A stretch of DNA of 64,000 nucleotides from Spirosomataceae bacterium (GCA_043777595.1 JAYWHT010000044.1:73060-137059), one strand, 5' to 3'. Counted from the first letter of the stretch, positions 20,392 to 29,676 are shown. Notes: generated by a model not told the origin, from the sequence alone. Numbers and translations are program-made.

Positions 20392-21003
20392 ATGAAAATA
20401 ATTTGTATTGGCCGCAACTATGCCGACCACATTGCCGAACTCAACAACGAACGCCCCGATGCTCCCGTTATATTTACAAAACCCGACACGGCTATATTAC
20501 GAAATGGCGACCCGTTTTTTTACCCAGAGTTTTCGTCAGATATTCACCACGAAGTTGAAATTGTACTGAAAATTTGTAAAGCTGGTAAGAATATCGAAGA
20601 ACGCTTTGCCCATAAATATTATGACCAGATCGGAATCGGTATTGACTTCACAGCCAGAGACGTACAAGCCAAACTCAAAGCCAAAGGATTGCCTTGGGAA
20701 CTTGCCAAGGCTTTTGATGGCTCTGCACCAGTGTCAGAATTTGTACCAAAAACTGACTTTGCAGATTTACAAAACTTGAATTTTAGATTAGACATAAACA
20801 ACCAAACCCGACAGAGCGGCAACACGGCCATGATGCTCTTCAAGATGGACTATATCATTGCTTTTGTGTCGCAGTATTTTACACTCAAAACAGGCGACTT
20901 GATTTTTACAGGCACACCCAGCGGCGTAGGGCCCGTTCAAATCAACGACCGACTGACGGCATACATCGAAGACCGTAAAATGTTGGAGTTTGAAGTGAAG
21001 TGA
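20392..21003 (+). CDS. Fumarylacetoacetate hydrolase family protein
   Basis: 'MKIICIGRNYADH', 'HHEVEI' and 'GDLIFTGTPSGVGP'. The start is moved to 20392; the track start at 20335 reads through the upstream repeat. Confidence 0.85.
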   Translation: MKIICIGRNYADHIAELNNERPDAPVIFTKPDTAILRNGDPFFYPEFSSDIHHEVEIVLKICKAGKNIEERFAHKYYDQIGIGIDFTARDVQAKLKAKGLPWELAKAFDGSAPVSEFVPKTDFADLQNLNFRLDINNQTRQSGNTAMMLFKMDYIIAFVSQYFTLKTGDLIFTGTPSGVGPVQINDRLTAYIEDRKMLEFEVK

Positions 21004-21106
21004 AGATTTTAAATTATCAGGACGTTACTCTTGTCTGAAATAATGCAGGCTTTAGACGAGCTGGCAGCCAAATACAATAATCCAAAATAAATTAAACAAA
21101 TAATAC

Positions 21107-21130
21107 ACTCCCTCTGGGGATTTAGGGGCT
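21107..21130 (+). repeat. Copy 2 of the C/G motif, abutting a start codon
   Basis: 'ACTCCCTCTGGGGATTTAGGGGCT', directly followed by ATG 21131. Confidence 0.5.
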
Positions 21131-22210
21131 ATGCACAAAAATTTTAAAGCAATAGAAAAGACCGTTTATGGTCGTGGAAGTTTCAATCAGTTGGGTGATA
21201 TTCTCGCCCCAGTTCGGTCAGAAAATAACCAGTATATGGTGTTTTTTGTCGATAACTATTTCAAAGGCAAGGACTTAGCCAATCGACTATCTGTACAGGC
21301 CGAAGACGTGGTTTATTTTATAGACGTGGACCCACATGAGCCAACAACCGAGCAAATTGATGAACTACGTGATGATATTTTGGCAAAAAAAGGCTTGCCC
21401 TCGGGTGTGATTGGCATTGGCGGAGGAGCAATTATGGACATTGCCAAATGTGTATCGTTGATGCTTACCAACGAAGGCTCATCTACGTTGTATCAGGGTC
21501 TAAATCTTATCAAAAACCCAGGTGTTTATCATGTTGGCGTACCGACTATTTCGGGAACTGGTGCAGAAGTATCAATGACTGCCGTACTGACTGGCCCCGA
21601 AAAAAAGCTGGGACTTAAATGCGAATGGACGGTTTTTAACCAAGTAATTCTCGACCCCGATTTGATAGCCACTGTACCCCGAGACTGGTGGTTTTATGTG
21701 GGCATGGACACGTATATTCATTGTGTCGAATCTGAAAATGGACATTTAAACAACGCCTATTCACACGCCTACGCCGAGCAGTCGATGAAACTCTGCCGTG
21801 AGATATACTTGGGCGAAAACAGCGGCCAAACCGCTGCCAATGACGATAAACTGATGGTGGCTTCGCTAATGGGTGGTTTGAGTTTGACGTACTCAGAGGT
21901 TGGCGTTTGCCATGCGTTGAGCTATGGCCTGTCTAAGATTTTGGGTATGCGGCATTGCTATGCCAACTGCGTTGCTTTCAATCATTTACAAGATTTTTAT
22001 CCCGAAGGCGTAGCAGAATTTAGGGCAATGGTCGCACAGCATGACATTACGTTACCTCAAAATCTATCAAAAGACTGGACAGACGAGCAGGTAAATGCCA
22101 TGGCGCATGTAGCCTACAAACTCGACCATATGTGGAAGCACGCCGTGGGCTTAGACTGGGCCGATAGCATTACGATTGAGCGGATTGAAGAATTATTTAG
22201 AAGACTATAA
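21131..22210 (+). CDS. Iron-containing alcohol dehydrogenase family protein
   Basis: 'GIGGGAIMDIAK' and the His-rich metal site 'YIHCVE...HALSYGL'. Confidence 0.8.
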   Translation: MHKNFKAIEKTVYGRGSFNQLGDILAPVRSENNQYMVFFVDNYFKGKDLANRLSVQAEDVVYFIDVDPHEPTTEQIDELRDDILAKKGLPSGVIGIGGGAIMDIAKCVSLMLTNEGSSTLYQGLNLIKNPGVYHVGVPTISGTGAEVSMTAVLTGPEKKLGLKCEWTVFNQVILDPDLIATVPRDWWFYVGMDTYIHCVESENGHLNNAYSHAYAEQSMKLCREIYLGENSGQTAANDDKLMVASLMGGLSLTYSEVGVCHALSYGLSKILGMRHCYANCVAFNHLQDFYPEGVAEFRAMVAQHDITLPQNLSKDWTDEQVNAMAHVAYKLDHMWKHAVGLDWADSITIERIEELFRRL

Positions 22211-22212
22211 TA

Positions 22213-23139
22213 ATGAAAAAAGGCTTAGTAATTCGCTCGACAGGCTCATGGTATGATGTACGCTCGGAAGGTGGAAGTTTGTGGCATTGTCGGCTACGAG
22301 GTAAATTCAAAATTCAGGGACTGAAAGTAACCAACCCTATTGCAGTTGGCGACAGAGTGCTGTGGAACATTGAAGATGAAAACGAACAACGGGGCATCAT
22401 CAGCGGTATCGAGCCACGCGATAATTATATTGTTCGAGCATCTGTTCATAAAACGGCTCACGCACATATTTTGGCAGCCAATATTGACCAAGTAATTGTT
22501 ATAGCCACGCTCACTTTTCCACGCACTTCGCTGGGGTTTATCGACCGTGTGTTGATTACTGCCGAATCGTTCAGAATACCTGCCGTTATTATTTTTAATA
22601 AACAAGACTTGTTCGACGACGAGACAAAACAATACCAGCAACAGATTATTGATTTGTATCAACGTATTGGTTACAAGTGCTTTACGACTTCGGCAGTAAC
22701 AGGCGAGGGCATGGTCGAATTTGAAGAACTATTGACCCAGAAAACATCGCTACTGGCTGGTCATTCGGGCGTGGGCAAGTCGTCATTAGTCAATGTTATT
22801 GCGCCAGAGCTGGACTTACGCACCAAAGAAGTTTCGACATTTGCCAACAAAGGCGTACATACCACAACTTTTGCCGAGATGTTTGAAATTGCCGATGGTA
22901 GTTATATCATCGACTCGCCAGGAATCAAAGAATTGGGCTTGTCGGACACTTCCAAAGAAGAAATTCCGCATTATTTTCCTGAAATACGTGGGTTATTAAA
23001 TCAATGTAAGTTCCATAACTGTCTGCACATAGATGAGCCAAAGTGTGCCATCAAAGATGCCGTTGAGGCTGGAACAATAGCCATGAGCCGCTACGAAAGC
23101 TACCTCAGTATGGCAGGCGGGCATGACAACAGGCGGTAG
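22213..23139 (+). CDS. rsgA: Ribosome small-subunit-dependent GTPase A
   Basis: 'FNKQDL', the P-loop 'GHSGVGKSSL' and the Zn motif 'CKFHNCLHIDEPKCAI'. Confidence 0.95.
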   Translation: MKKGLVIRSTGSWYDVRSEGGSLWHCRLRGKFKIQGLKVTNPIAVGDRVLWNIEDENEQRGIISGIEPRDNYIVRASVHKTAHAHILAANIDQVIVIATLTFPRTSLGFIDRVLITAESFRIPAVIIFNKQDLFDDETKQYQQQIIDLYQRIGYKCFTTSAVTGEGMVEFEELLTQKTSLLAGHSGVGKSSLVNVIAPELDLRTKEVSTFANKGVHTTTFAEMFEIADGSYIIDSPGIKELGLSDTSKEEIPHYFPEIRGLLNQCKFHNCLHIDEPKCAIKDAVEAGTIAMSRYESYLSMAGGHDNRR

Positions 23140-23233
23140 AGATATTCTAATTTCACAAATTCCGAAGAGAAATATCGTTGACCTTATAATTTTTATACAA
23201 GTCAGAACTCTTGCGTTTCTGTTGCAACAATAT

Positions 23234-23456
23234 CAAAGTTTATCTAATAATTCATACGCATCTTGGAGTTTTATTTCACCTCTTAGGTGTTGTTTTATTT
23301 GCTGGACAGAGCGTTCTACACCTTCCAAAACTCTTTTTTAGTAGTTGGCTTGTAGTCATTATCATCTTCGGTGTAAGCCACTTTGAGACGTTGGGCGAGG
23401 CTTACAAATAGTTGATAGTCAGCTTTATTTGTTGGATTTATCGTTATTGTTCCCAT
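23234..23456 (-). pseudogene. Frameshifted orphan antitoxin-like small gene
   Basis: Frame A (23456->23316) reads 'MGTITINPTNKADYQLFVSLAQRLKV...KKEFWKV*'. Frame B continues 'LEGVERSVQQIKQHLRGEIKLQDAYELLDKL*' to 23234. The shift falls in the A6/T6 run at 23334-23339. The N-terminus resembles the antitoxin at 62767..62973. Confidence 0.45.
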
Positions 23457-23552
23457 TTTTTTTAATATTTATATCAAAAATAATAACTCTTTTTTGATTT
23501 TGAGTAATAAAGTGGTTTTTTAAATGAAAGCCAGTATCCGATTCTTATTTCA

Positions 23553-23560
23553 TAAATTTG
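23553..23560 (+). promoter_or_regulatory. Candidate Bacteroidota -7 box (TAnnTTTG)
   Basis: 'TAAATTTG' followed by 'TAAAAAAAA', ending 19 nt before ATG 23580. Confidence 0.35.
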
Positions 23561-23579
23561 TAAAAAAAATGGCGAGACT

Positions 23580-24227
23580 ATGCAAAAAAGTAATTTTAGA
23601 GAATGGACATTAGATAAAATTGACGATACCTTTGGCTTACAACAAGTAAGACGACTACCGATTTTGGAAGAACTACTGGCCTACCAGTACCAAGCAGACG
23701 ACTACGAAACACGGTATTTGTTGCACCTGAGCGAAAGTTATCTTCTTTTTGGAGGCGACGACTGGAACGAAGTGGAACTTGAAAACAAGTTTATTAGTCC
23801 TCTCATTATCTTTTCTGACATTGTCAATCAAAAATACTCTTATTTTTTGGAAAGAGAATTGGCTATAACCATTGATGACTATGAACTGAGCGGTAGAGTC
23901 GATGGTATGATTGCGACAGGCTACCGCAATCCTAAAAAGCCCTATTTTTGTTTAAATGAATATAAAAGACAAACTGACCCCGACGGCGACCCAAGAGGCC
24001 AAGCACTGATAGCCATGCTTGCCGCACAACGGCTGAATGATAACACAAATCTGAACACCGGCCGACCTATTTTTGGGAGTTACATCATCGGTAGAGACTG
24101 GTATTTTATGGCATTGGTAGGTAAAGAATATGCCATCAGTAAGGATTTTTCGTGTGTTGCTAACGAAGTTTTTGATATTTATCGAATACTAAAAGGGCTA
24201 AAAATACAAATAGACAAACTGATTTGA
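23580..24227 (+). CDS. Solitary PD-(D/E)XK-like protein (HsdR-N-terminal-domain-like), paralogue 1
   Basis: 'RVDGMIA' followed by 'PYFCLNEYKR' (D...E-x-K). It aligns by eye along most of its length with 57576..58235. Confidence 0.55.
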   Translation: MQKSNFREWTLDKIDDTFGLQQVRRLPILEELLAYQYQADDYETRYLLHLSESYLLFGGDDWNEVELENKFISPLIIFSDIVNQKYSYFLERELAITIDDYELSGRVDGMIATGYRNPKKPYFCLNEYKRQTDPDGDPRGQALIAMLAAQRLNDNTNLNTGRPIFGSYIIGRDWYFMALVGKEYAISKDFSCVANEVFDIYRILKGLKIQIDKLI

Positions 24228-24242
24228 GATAACCCCATTCGC

Positions 24243-25586
24243 TTAAACCCCCACATAATTAAAAGGCGAAATAGCTCTTAGTTCTGCCTTGATTTTATCG
24301 CTAACTGTCAGATTATCAATAAACTCTGCAATAGAGTTGGCCGTTATTTTTTCATTTTTTCGGGTCAATGCTTTGAGAGCCTCGTAGGGTTGTGGATAGG
24401 CTTCTCGGCGCAAGATAGTCTGAATAGCCTCCGCCACCACTGCCCAGTTGTTTTCTAAGTCTTCGGCAAAAGCCGCTTCGTTGAGTTCTAGTTTACCTAA
24501 GCCACGCAACAGCGATTTGAGCGCAATTACGGTATGCGCCAGTGGTACTCCCAAGTTTCTGAGAACAGTCGAATCGGTCAGATCTCGTTGGAGGCGAGAG
24601 ATGGGCAGTTTGGCCGACAGGTGTTCAAAAATAGCATTGGCAAAGCCTAAGTTTCCTTCTGAGTTTTCAAAATCAATGGGATTGACCTTGTGAGGCATCG
24701 CCGACGAACCTACCTCACCAGCTTTGATGCGTTGCTTAAAATAATTCATCGAAATATACGTCCACACATCACGGTCGAGGTCTATCAGTATGGTATTCAG
24801 CCGTTTGAGTGTGTCCATGATGGCCGCCATCATATCATAATGCTCGATTTGGGTTGTAAACTGGCTACGACTAAGCCCGAGCGTATGGTTCACAAACTGA
24901 TTGCCAAAAATCACCCAATCAATATGAGGATAGGCCACATGATGGGCATTAAAGTTGCCAGTAGCACCGCCAAACTTAGCTGCAAATGGCACGGCTTTGA
25001 GCATTTCGAGTTGCTTTTCGAGGCGCTCTACAAATACCAATATTTCTTTGCCGAGGCGGGTTGGCGAGGCAGGTTGGCCGTGAGTTCGGGCAAGCATGGC
25101 AATGTCTTTCCAGTCGATAGCTAATTTTTTGAGTGTGTCAATTACGGTTTGGTAAGCTGGTACGACCTCATCGGCAAGTGCATCTCTGAGCGATAGCGGA
25201 ATAGAAGTATTATTGACATCTTGCGAAGTAAGGCCAAAGTGAATAAACTCCAGAAACTGGTCTAACTGCTTGTCTTTCAGTTGTTCTTTTATAAAATATT
25301 CAATCGCCTTAACGTCATGATTTGTTACAGATTCAATTTCTTTTACTCGTAGCGCATCGGTTTCGGTTAGGTTTTTGTATAAATTTCGGAGCGAATCGTA
25401 CTGCGTTTTGTCAAAATGGGCGAGTTGTGGCAGCGGCAGTTCGCAGAGTGCTATAAAGTACTCGACCTCAACCAAAATACGATAGCGAATTAGCCCAAAT
25501 TCTGAAAAATAAGGGGCCAGTGCTTCGACTTGGCGGCGATAGCGGCCATCAACAGGCGAGAGGGCAGTAAGGGAGTTGAGTTGCAT
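24243..25586 (-). CDS. purB: Adenylosuccinate lyase
   Basis: The fumarate-lyase signature 'GSSAMPHKVNPIDFEN' and 'LSPVDGRY' at the N-terminus. Confidence 0.97.
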   Translation of the reverse strand: MQLNSLTALSPVDGRYRRQVEALAPYFSEFGLIRYRILVEVEYFIALCELPLPQLAHFDKTQYDSLRNLYKNLTETDALRVKEIESVTNHDVKAIEYFIKEQLKDKQLDQFLEFIHFGLTSQDVNNTSIPLSLRDALADEVVPAYQTVIDTLKKLAIDWKDIAMLARTHGQPASPTRLGKEILVFVERLEKQLEMLKAVPFAAKFGGATGNFNAHHVAYPHIDWVIFGNQFVNHTLGLSRSQFTTQIEHYDMMAAIMDTLKRLNTILIDLDRDVWTYISMNYFKQRIKAGEVGSSAMPHKVNPIDFENSEGNLGFANAIFEHLSAKLPISRLQRDLTDSTVLRNLGVPLAHTVIALKSLLRGLGKLELNEAAFAEDLENNWAVVAEAIQTILRREAYPQPYEALKALTRKNEKITANSIAEFIDNLTVSDKIKAELRAISPFNYVGV

Positions 25587-25816
25587 ATAAGAAAATGAAA
25601 CCGCAAAAGTACAAACTTAACCAATCACGAACGCCGATTGATTGGTTTTTAATTGTGTACTGAAAAGTAGTAATAACTAATTACTTGATTTATGATGATT
25701 TGCCGTAGCGATTACGAATAAAACAAATATATAAATAAGTTATGTAGTCTAAATTTGTAGAGTTACTTATTTGAAAATCAATAGCAAAAAGTGTATTATT
25801 GTAAAAAAAAACAGAA

Positions 25817-26068
25817 ATGAAAAATAATAGATTAGAATTTAATACTATCAAGCGACAATATCCAAATGAATGGGTATTGATTGGTAATCCTACCATAAAA
25901 AATGCTCGTGTCTTGAAAGGTGAAGTGATTTATCATACTTTCGACAAAAGAGATATTTTTGAATTTGCAAAAAAGGTAATCAATGATTACGAGATGATAA
26001 AAATTGTATATACGGGCTTAGTACCAAAAATTTCACAGCTTGGTATTTTTAAAGTATCTGAAAACTAA
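25817..26068 (+). CDS. Small hypothetical protein coupled to an aspartic protease (family uncertain)
   Basis: 83 aa containing 'YPNEWVLIGNPTI...GEVIYH'. Its stop overlaps the next start in the sequence TAATG. Confidence 0.55.
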   Translation: MKNNRLEFNTIKRQYPNEWVLIGNPTIKNARVLKGEVIYHTFDKRDIFEFAKKVINDYEMIKIVYTGLVPKISQLGIFKVSEN

Positions 26069-26478
26069 TGAGATATACCTTTGACTTAGTTCACGAAGAT
26101 GACTTAATTATGGTTACAGCCTATATAAAATTACGGGACAAAGAACGGTATTATCCTTTGTCGCTCGTTCTGGATACAGGAGCAAGTCATACCGTAATTG
26201 ATTTTAATATGCTTTTATTGGCTGGATATGATAGAGATTTACGCCTAAAAAAGAACGTAAAAGTCCAAACTGCCAGTAAGATTATCGAGGCTGATAAATT
26301 TAAACTGGACGAAATAAAAGTACTTGACAGAGTGATAAAAACATTTGAAATAACAACGTATGATTTTTTGGAACAGGAGGGTTTATTGGCCTACGATGGT
26401 GTCTTGGGCTTGGATTTTTTGAAAAATACTCAATTATGTATTGATTTCAAAAAATCAGAAATTACAATAATACAATAA
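26068..26478 (+). CDS. Retropepsin-like (clan AA) aspartic protease
   Basis: Active-site 'LVLDTGASHTVID' and the dimerisation-type 'GVLGLDFLKN'. Confidence 0.75.
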   Translation: MRYTFDLVHEDDLIMVTAYIKLRDKERYYPLSLVLDTGASHTVIDFNMLLLAGYDRDLRLKKNVKVQTASKIIEADKFKLDEIKVLDRVIKTFEITTYDFLEQEGLLAYDGVLGLDFLKNTQLCIDFKKSEITIIQ

Positions 26479-26519
26479 TTCTTTCACTTCTTTACAACCT
26501 AAACCTACAATTTATCTTT

Positions 26520-27218
26520 ATGCAAAACTCTGCTTTTTTGGGCGAAATGCTCGGTACACTTGTACTGATTTTATTGGGCGATGGCGTAGTGGCCAACGTA
26601 GTGCTTAAACAGACCAAAGGTGAAAACGCAGGCTGGATAGTCATCACCGCTGGTTGGGCGTTTGCCGTTACGATGGGTATTTTTACGGCCAAAGCCTTTG
26701 GTAGCGATGCCGCCCACCTAAACCCTGCCGTTACGCTGGCCTTTGCCGTTGGCTCTGGTGACTATTCAAATATGTTTTCGTTTATGTCGGCGCAAATGAT
26801 TGGGGCTTTTATTGGTGCAGTCTTAGTTTGGCTACATTATCAGCCACACTTTGGCAAAACTCAAGACCAAGGCTCGATATTAGCTACTTTTGCCACAGGG
26901 CCAGCTATCAGAGACACTAAGTCTAACTTTTTGGGCGAAGTCATTGGCACGCTCGTGTTGCTGGTGGGTATCAAGGGCATTGGAGTGGTTAGTACTGGGC
27001 TGGGCCCGTTTGCGGTTGGCATCTTGATTTGGGCTATTGGCCTGTCGTTGGGTGGTACAACTGGCTATTGCCTCAATCCTGCCCGAGACCTTGCCCCACG
27101 TATTGCTCATGCACTATTGCCGATTGCCAACAAAGGCACGTCTGACTGGAGCTACGCTTGGCTGCCCGTAGCGGGGCCACTTGCGGCTGGTGTCATTGCG
27201 GGCTTGTTGTTTTTGTAG
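26520..27218 (+). CDS. MIP/aquaporin family channel (GlpF-like)
   Basis: Two NPA boxes, 'HLNPAVT' and 'CLNPARD', and six TM segments. Confidence 0.92.
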   Translation: MQNSAFLGEMLGTLVLILLGDGVVANVVLKQTKGENAGWIVITAGWAFAVTMGIFTAKAFGSDAAHLNPAVTLAFAVGSGDYSNMFSFMSAQMIGAFIGAVLVWLHYQPHFGKTQDQGSILATFATGPAIRDTKSNFLGEVIGTLVLLVGIKGIGVVSTGLGPFAVGILIWAIGLSLGGTTGYCLNPARDLAPRIAHALLPIANKGTSDWSYAWLPVAGPLAAGVIAGLLFL

Positions 27219-27309
27219 AATATAAACAGAGTAGCGGTGGGTGAAAGCCTGCCGCTTAACCAAATCAAAATTATTAGTACGTTTTTAGACTGGGTCGAAT
27301 CGGCAACTC

Positions 27310-28224
27310 TTACTGAAACATCAGTCGTTGCCGAACTACGTCTCGGTTACGAAAATAGATGGCTTGGCGTAAATGGGTGTCAGATTTAATCAGAATACCA
27401 GCACCAATACCAGCAACGACCGCTCCACCAAAATACGGGAGCTTCCAGCCTTCTGTATTTCCAGCTTTCTGTACAGATATTGAACTAAGCATAGCTACAA
27501 GCCCTAATGTGTAAAGTGCCACGCCACCTAATTTGCTTCGCTGGTATTTTTGGTATGAATCTAAACCCTGAACTGAGCCTTGAAATGCGTTTTGACCAGC
27601 AACTCCCAAAAAACCCAAACGGTAAGGTTGCCCGTTTTTGATGTATTCATACGGTTGCCAAGTACTTCGGTCATATAAATAAATAGCTTCTTGCTCATAA
27701 ATTTGTTTGAACTGAGGCTGGACTGTGGCTGGCAAATCGGCCATGATGGCCTCTTGATTTCTGAGCCAAAGGGCTTTTTCAAAGTTGTTATTGGCGTTTT
27801 TGGTATATGAAACAGAAATTGATGACAATGCCGCTGCACCTATGTACATACCTAAACCGATACCAAGGTGCGTATCGAAGTTGTTAGGAGTAAAGAGCGT
27901 ATTTTGCAAACCCGATATTAGAAAAGCGGTACCAGACAAATAAGCACCAAGTCCTCCCAGAGCCAACCCTAAGCCAGTTTGGCCTTGTTTTCGAGCCATG
28001 AGGTAGGTTTCTTTTGCTTCTGGCGAGATGTCAAACTCTGAGGCTACTCGCCGCCAGTGTGTGCCGATAGGTTGGCGACCAGTGCCACTCGTCCAAGTGC
28101 GAAGCGATACAAAAGCACAGGATTTATCATAGGCTCGGTTAAATGATTGGTCTGTGAGCGTATCGGTTTGGGCATTTGCAAAACTAACCAACAACAAAAG
28201 CAAGGCTGTACATAATGTTTTCAT
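27310..28224 (-). CDS. Hypothetical secreted/membrane protein with an internal duplication
   Basis: Signal peptide 'MKTLCTALLLLLVSFANAQ' (start moved to 28224) and two Gly-rich hydrophobic repeats. Confidence 0.55.
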   Translation of the reverse strand: MKTLCTALLLLLVSFANAQTDTLTDQSFNRAYDKSCAFVSLRTWTSGTGRQPIGTHWRRVASEFDISPEAKETYLMARKQGQTGLGLALGGLGAYLSGTAFLISGLQNTLFTPNNFDTHLGIGLGMYIGAAALSSISVSYTKNANNNFEKALWLRNQEAIMADLPATVQPQFKQIYEQEAIYLYDRSTWQPYEYIKNGQPYRLGFLGVAGQNAFQGSVQGLDSYQKYQRSKLGGVALYTLGLVAMLSSISVQKAGNTEGWKLPYFGGAVVAGIGAGILIKSDTHLRQAIYFRNRDVVRQRLMFQ

Positions 28225-28290
28225 ATCGTTAAGGGTTTGATGGAATGTAAATTTCAAATAATCAACGAATTAACTATTTTATTTATTGTC

Positions 28291-29676
28291 TTACACTACT
28301 TTCAGTTTCCATTTGCCACGTCTAAACACCACAACCGCCATCAGAGCCAGCAACGACTCGCTTATGGCTACCGACCAATATACACCCTGCGGCCCCCAAT
28401 TGAGGGTTTTGGCGAGGTAGTAAGCCAGCGGAATTTCGATAGCCCAAAAAGCAACGAGGTTGATAATGGTCGGCGTAAGCGTGTCGCCAGCACCGTTGAA
28501 GGCTTGCCCCAACACCATGCCATAGGCAAAAAACAAGTAACCCGCACAGATAATTCGCAGACACAGTACGCCTTCTTCAATGACCCGAGGTTGGTCGGTC
28601 AGAGAAGAAATAATTTGAGGTGCAAAAATGGCAAACACAATACTAACCACCAGCAAAAAAACCATGTTCAAAAAAGCAGCTCGCCATGCCGACGTAGCGG
28701 CTCGTTCGGGTTGTTTGGCTCCCAAATTTTGACCAACCAAAGCGGCTGCAGCATTGGCCAAACCCCAAGCTGGCAATATTGTAAAAATAATAATTCGGAT
28801 AGCAATCGTATAGCCAGCCACTACTTCACTACCAAAACTCGACAGAATACGGGTCAAAAATATCCAACTTGCCGACTGAATAATAAACTGGACGGTTGCG
28901 CCAGAGGCGAGTTCTACAAATTGTTTGATGAGCGTCCAGTCGGGTAATAGGTGGCGATTTTCTACTTTGATGGCCATATCGCCGTCGGTCATTTTGCGTA
29001 ATTGATACAAAACCCCCAACGTGCGGCCTGTCGAAGTAGCCACGGCAGCACCCACTACACCCAAGACAGGAAAAGCGAGCAGACCAAATATAAAAAATGG
29101 GTCGAGCAAAATATTTGTACCATTGGCTATACCCAACGACCGCATGGCATACGAAGCATTGCCCGCCCCACGCAACACACCGCTCAGGGTGTAGAGCAAA
29201 ATAATGGCTGGACTACTGGCAAACATAATGCGGGTATAGTTGAGGCCATGCGCTATGAGCGAGTCGTCGGCACCCATGATGCGTAAGATGTCTTCGGCAA
29301 AAATAAACCCTGGAATACCAATAATAGCCGCCAAGGCCAATGAAATCAAAATAACCTGTCCTGCGGCGTGGCTGGCGGCTTCGGGATTTTGCTCACCAAT
29401 GCGGCGAGACACAATAGCCGAGGCTGCCGTACTAAAACCCCAGGCAATAGAGTAAACAATCGTCAGTACCGATTCTGTCAGACCGACTGTGGCCACAGCT
29501 TCTGTACCAACTCTCGACACAAAAGCTACGTCAGTAATGGCAAAAAGGGCTTCTAAACTCATTTCCAAAACGGCAGGTACGGCCAACATAAAAATAGCAA
29601 GGTTAATGCTGCCCTTAGTAAAGTCATGCTCGTCGCCTCTGAAAGCCGCCCAAAATGTGTCTAATAGTTTTTTCAT
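28291..29676 (-). CDS. MATE family efflux transporter
   Basis: 461 aa with 12 TM segments and a MATE-type N-terminus, 'INLAIFMLAVPAVLEMSLEALFAITDVAFV'. Confidence 0.88.
   Translation of the reverse strand: MKKLLDTFWAAFRGDEHDFTKGSINLAIFMLAVPAVLEMSLEALFAITDVAFVSRVGTEAVATVGLTESVLTIVYSIAWGFSTAASAIVSRRIGEQNPEAASHAAGQVILISLALAAIIGIPGFIFAEDILRIMGADDSLIAHGLNYTRIMFASSPAIILLYTLSGVLRGAGNASYAMRSLGIANGTNILLDPFFIFGLLAFPVLGVVGAAVATSTGRTLGVLYQLRKMTDGDMAIKVENRHLLPDWTLIKQFVELASGATVQFIIQSASWIFLTRILSSFGSEVVAGYTIAIRIIIFTILPAWGLANAAAALVGQNLGAKQPERAATSAWRAAFLNMVFLLVVSIVFAIFAPQIISSLTDQPRVIEEGVLCLRIICAGYLFFAYGMVLGQAFNGAGDTLTPTIINLVAFWAIEIPLAYYLAKTLNWGPQGVYWSVAISESLLALMAVVVFRRGKWKLKVV

Noticed and set aside
28237-28947. 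A 236-aa plus-strand ORF and several 60-94-aa ORFs overlapping the MATE transporter gene.
   Set aside because: They are antisense to a 12-TM MATE ORF. Their sequence is Arg/Asn/Gln-rich with no hydrophobic or domain pattern.
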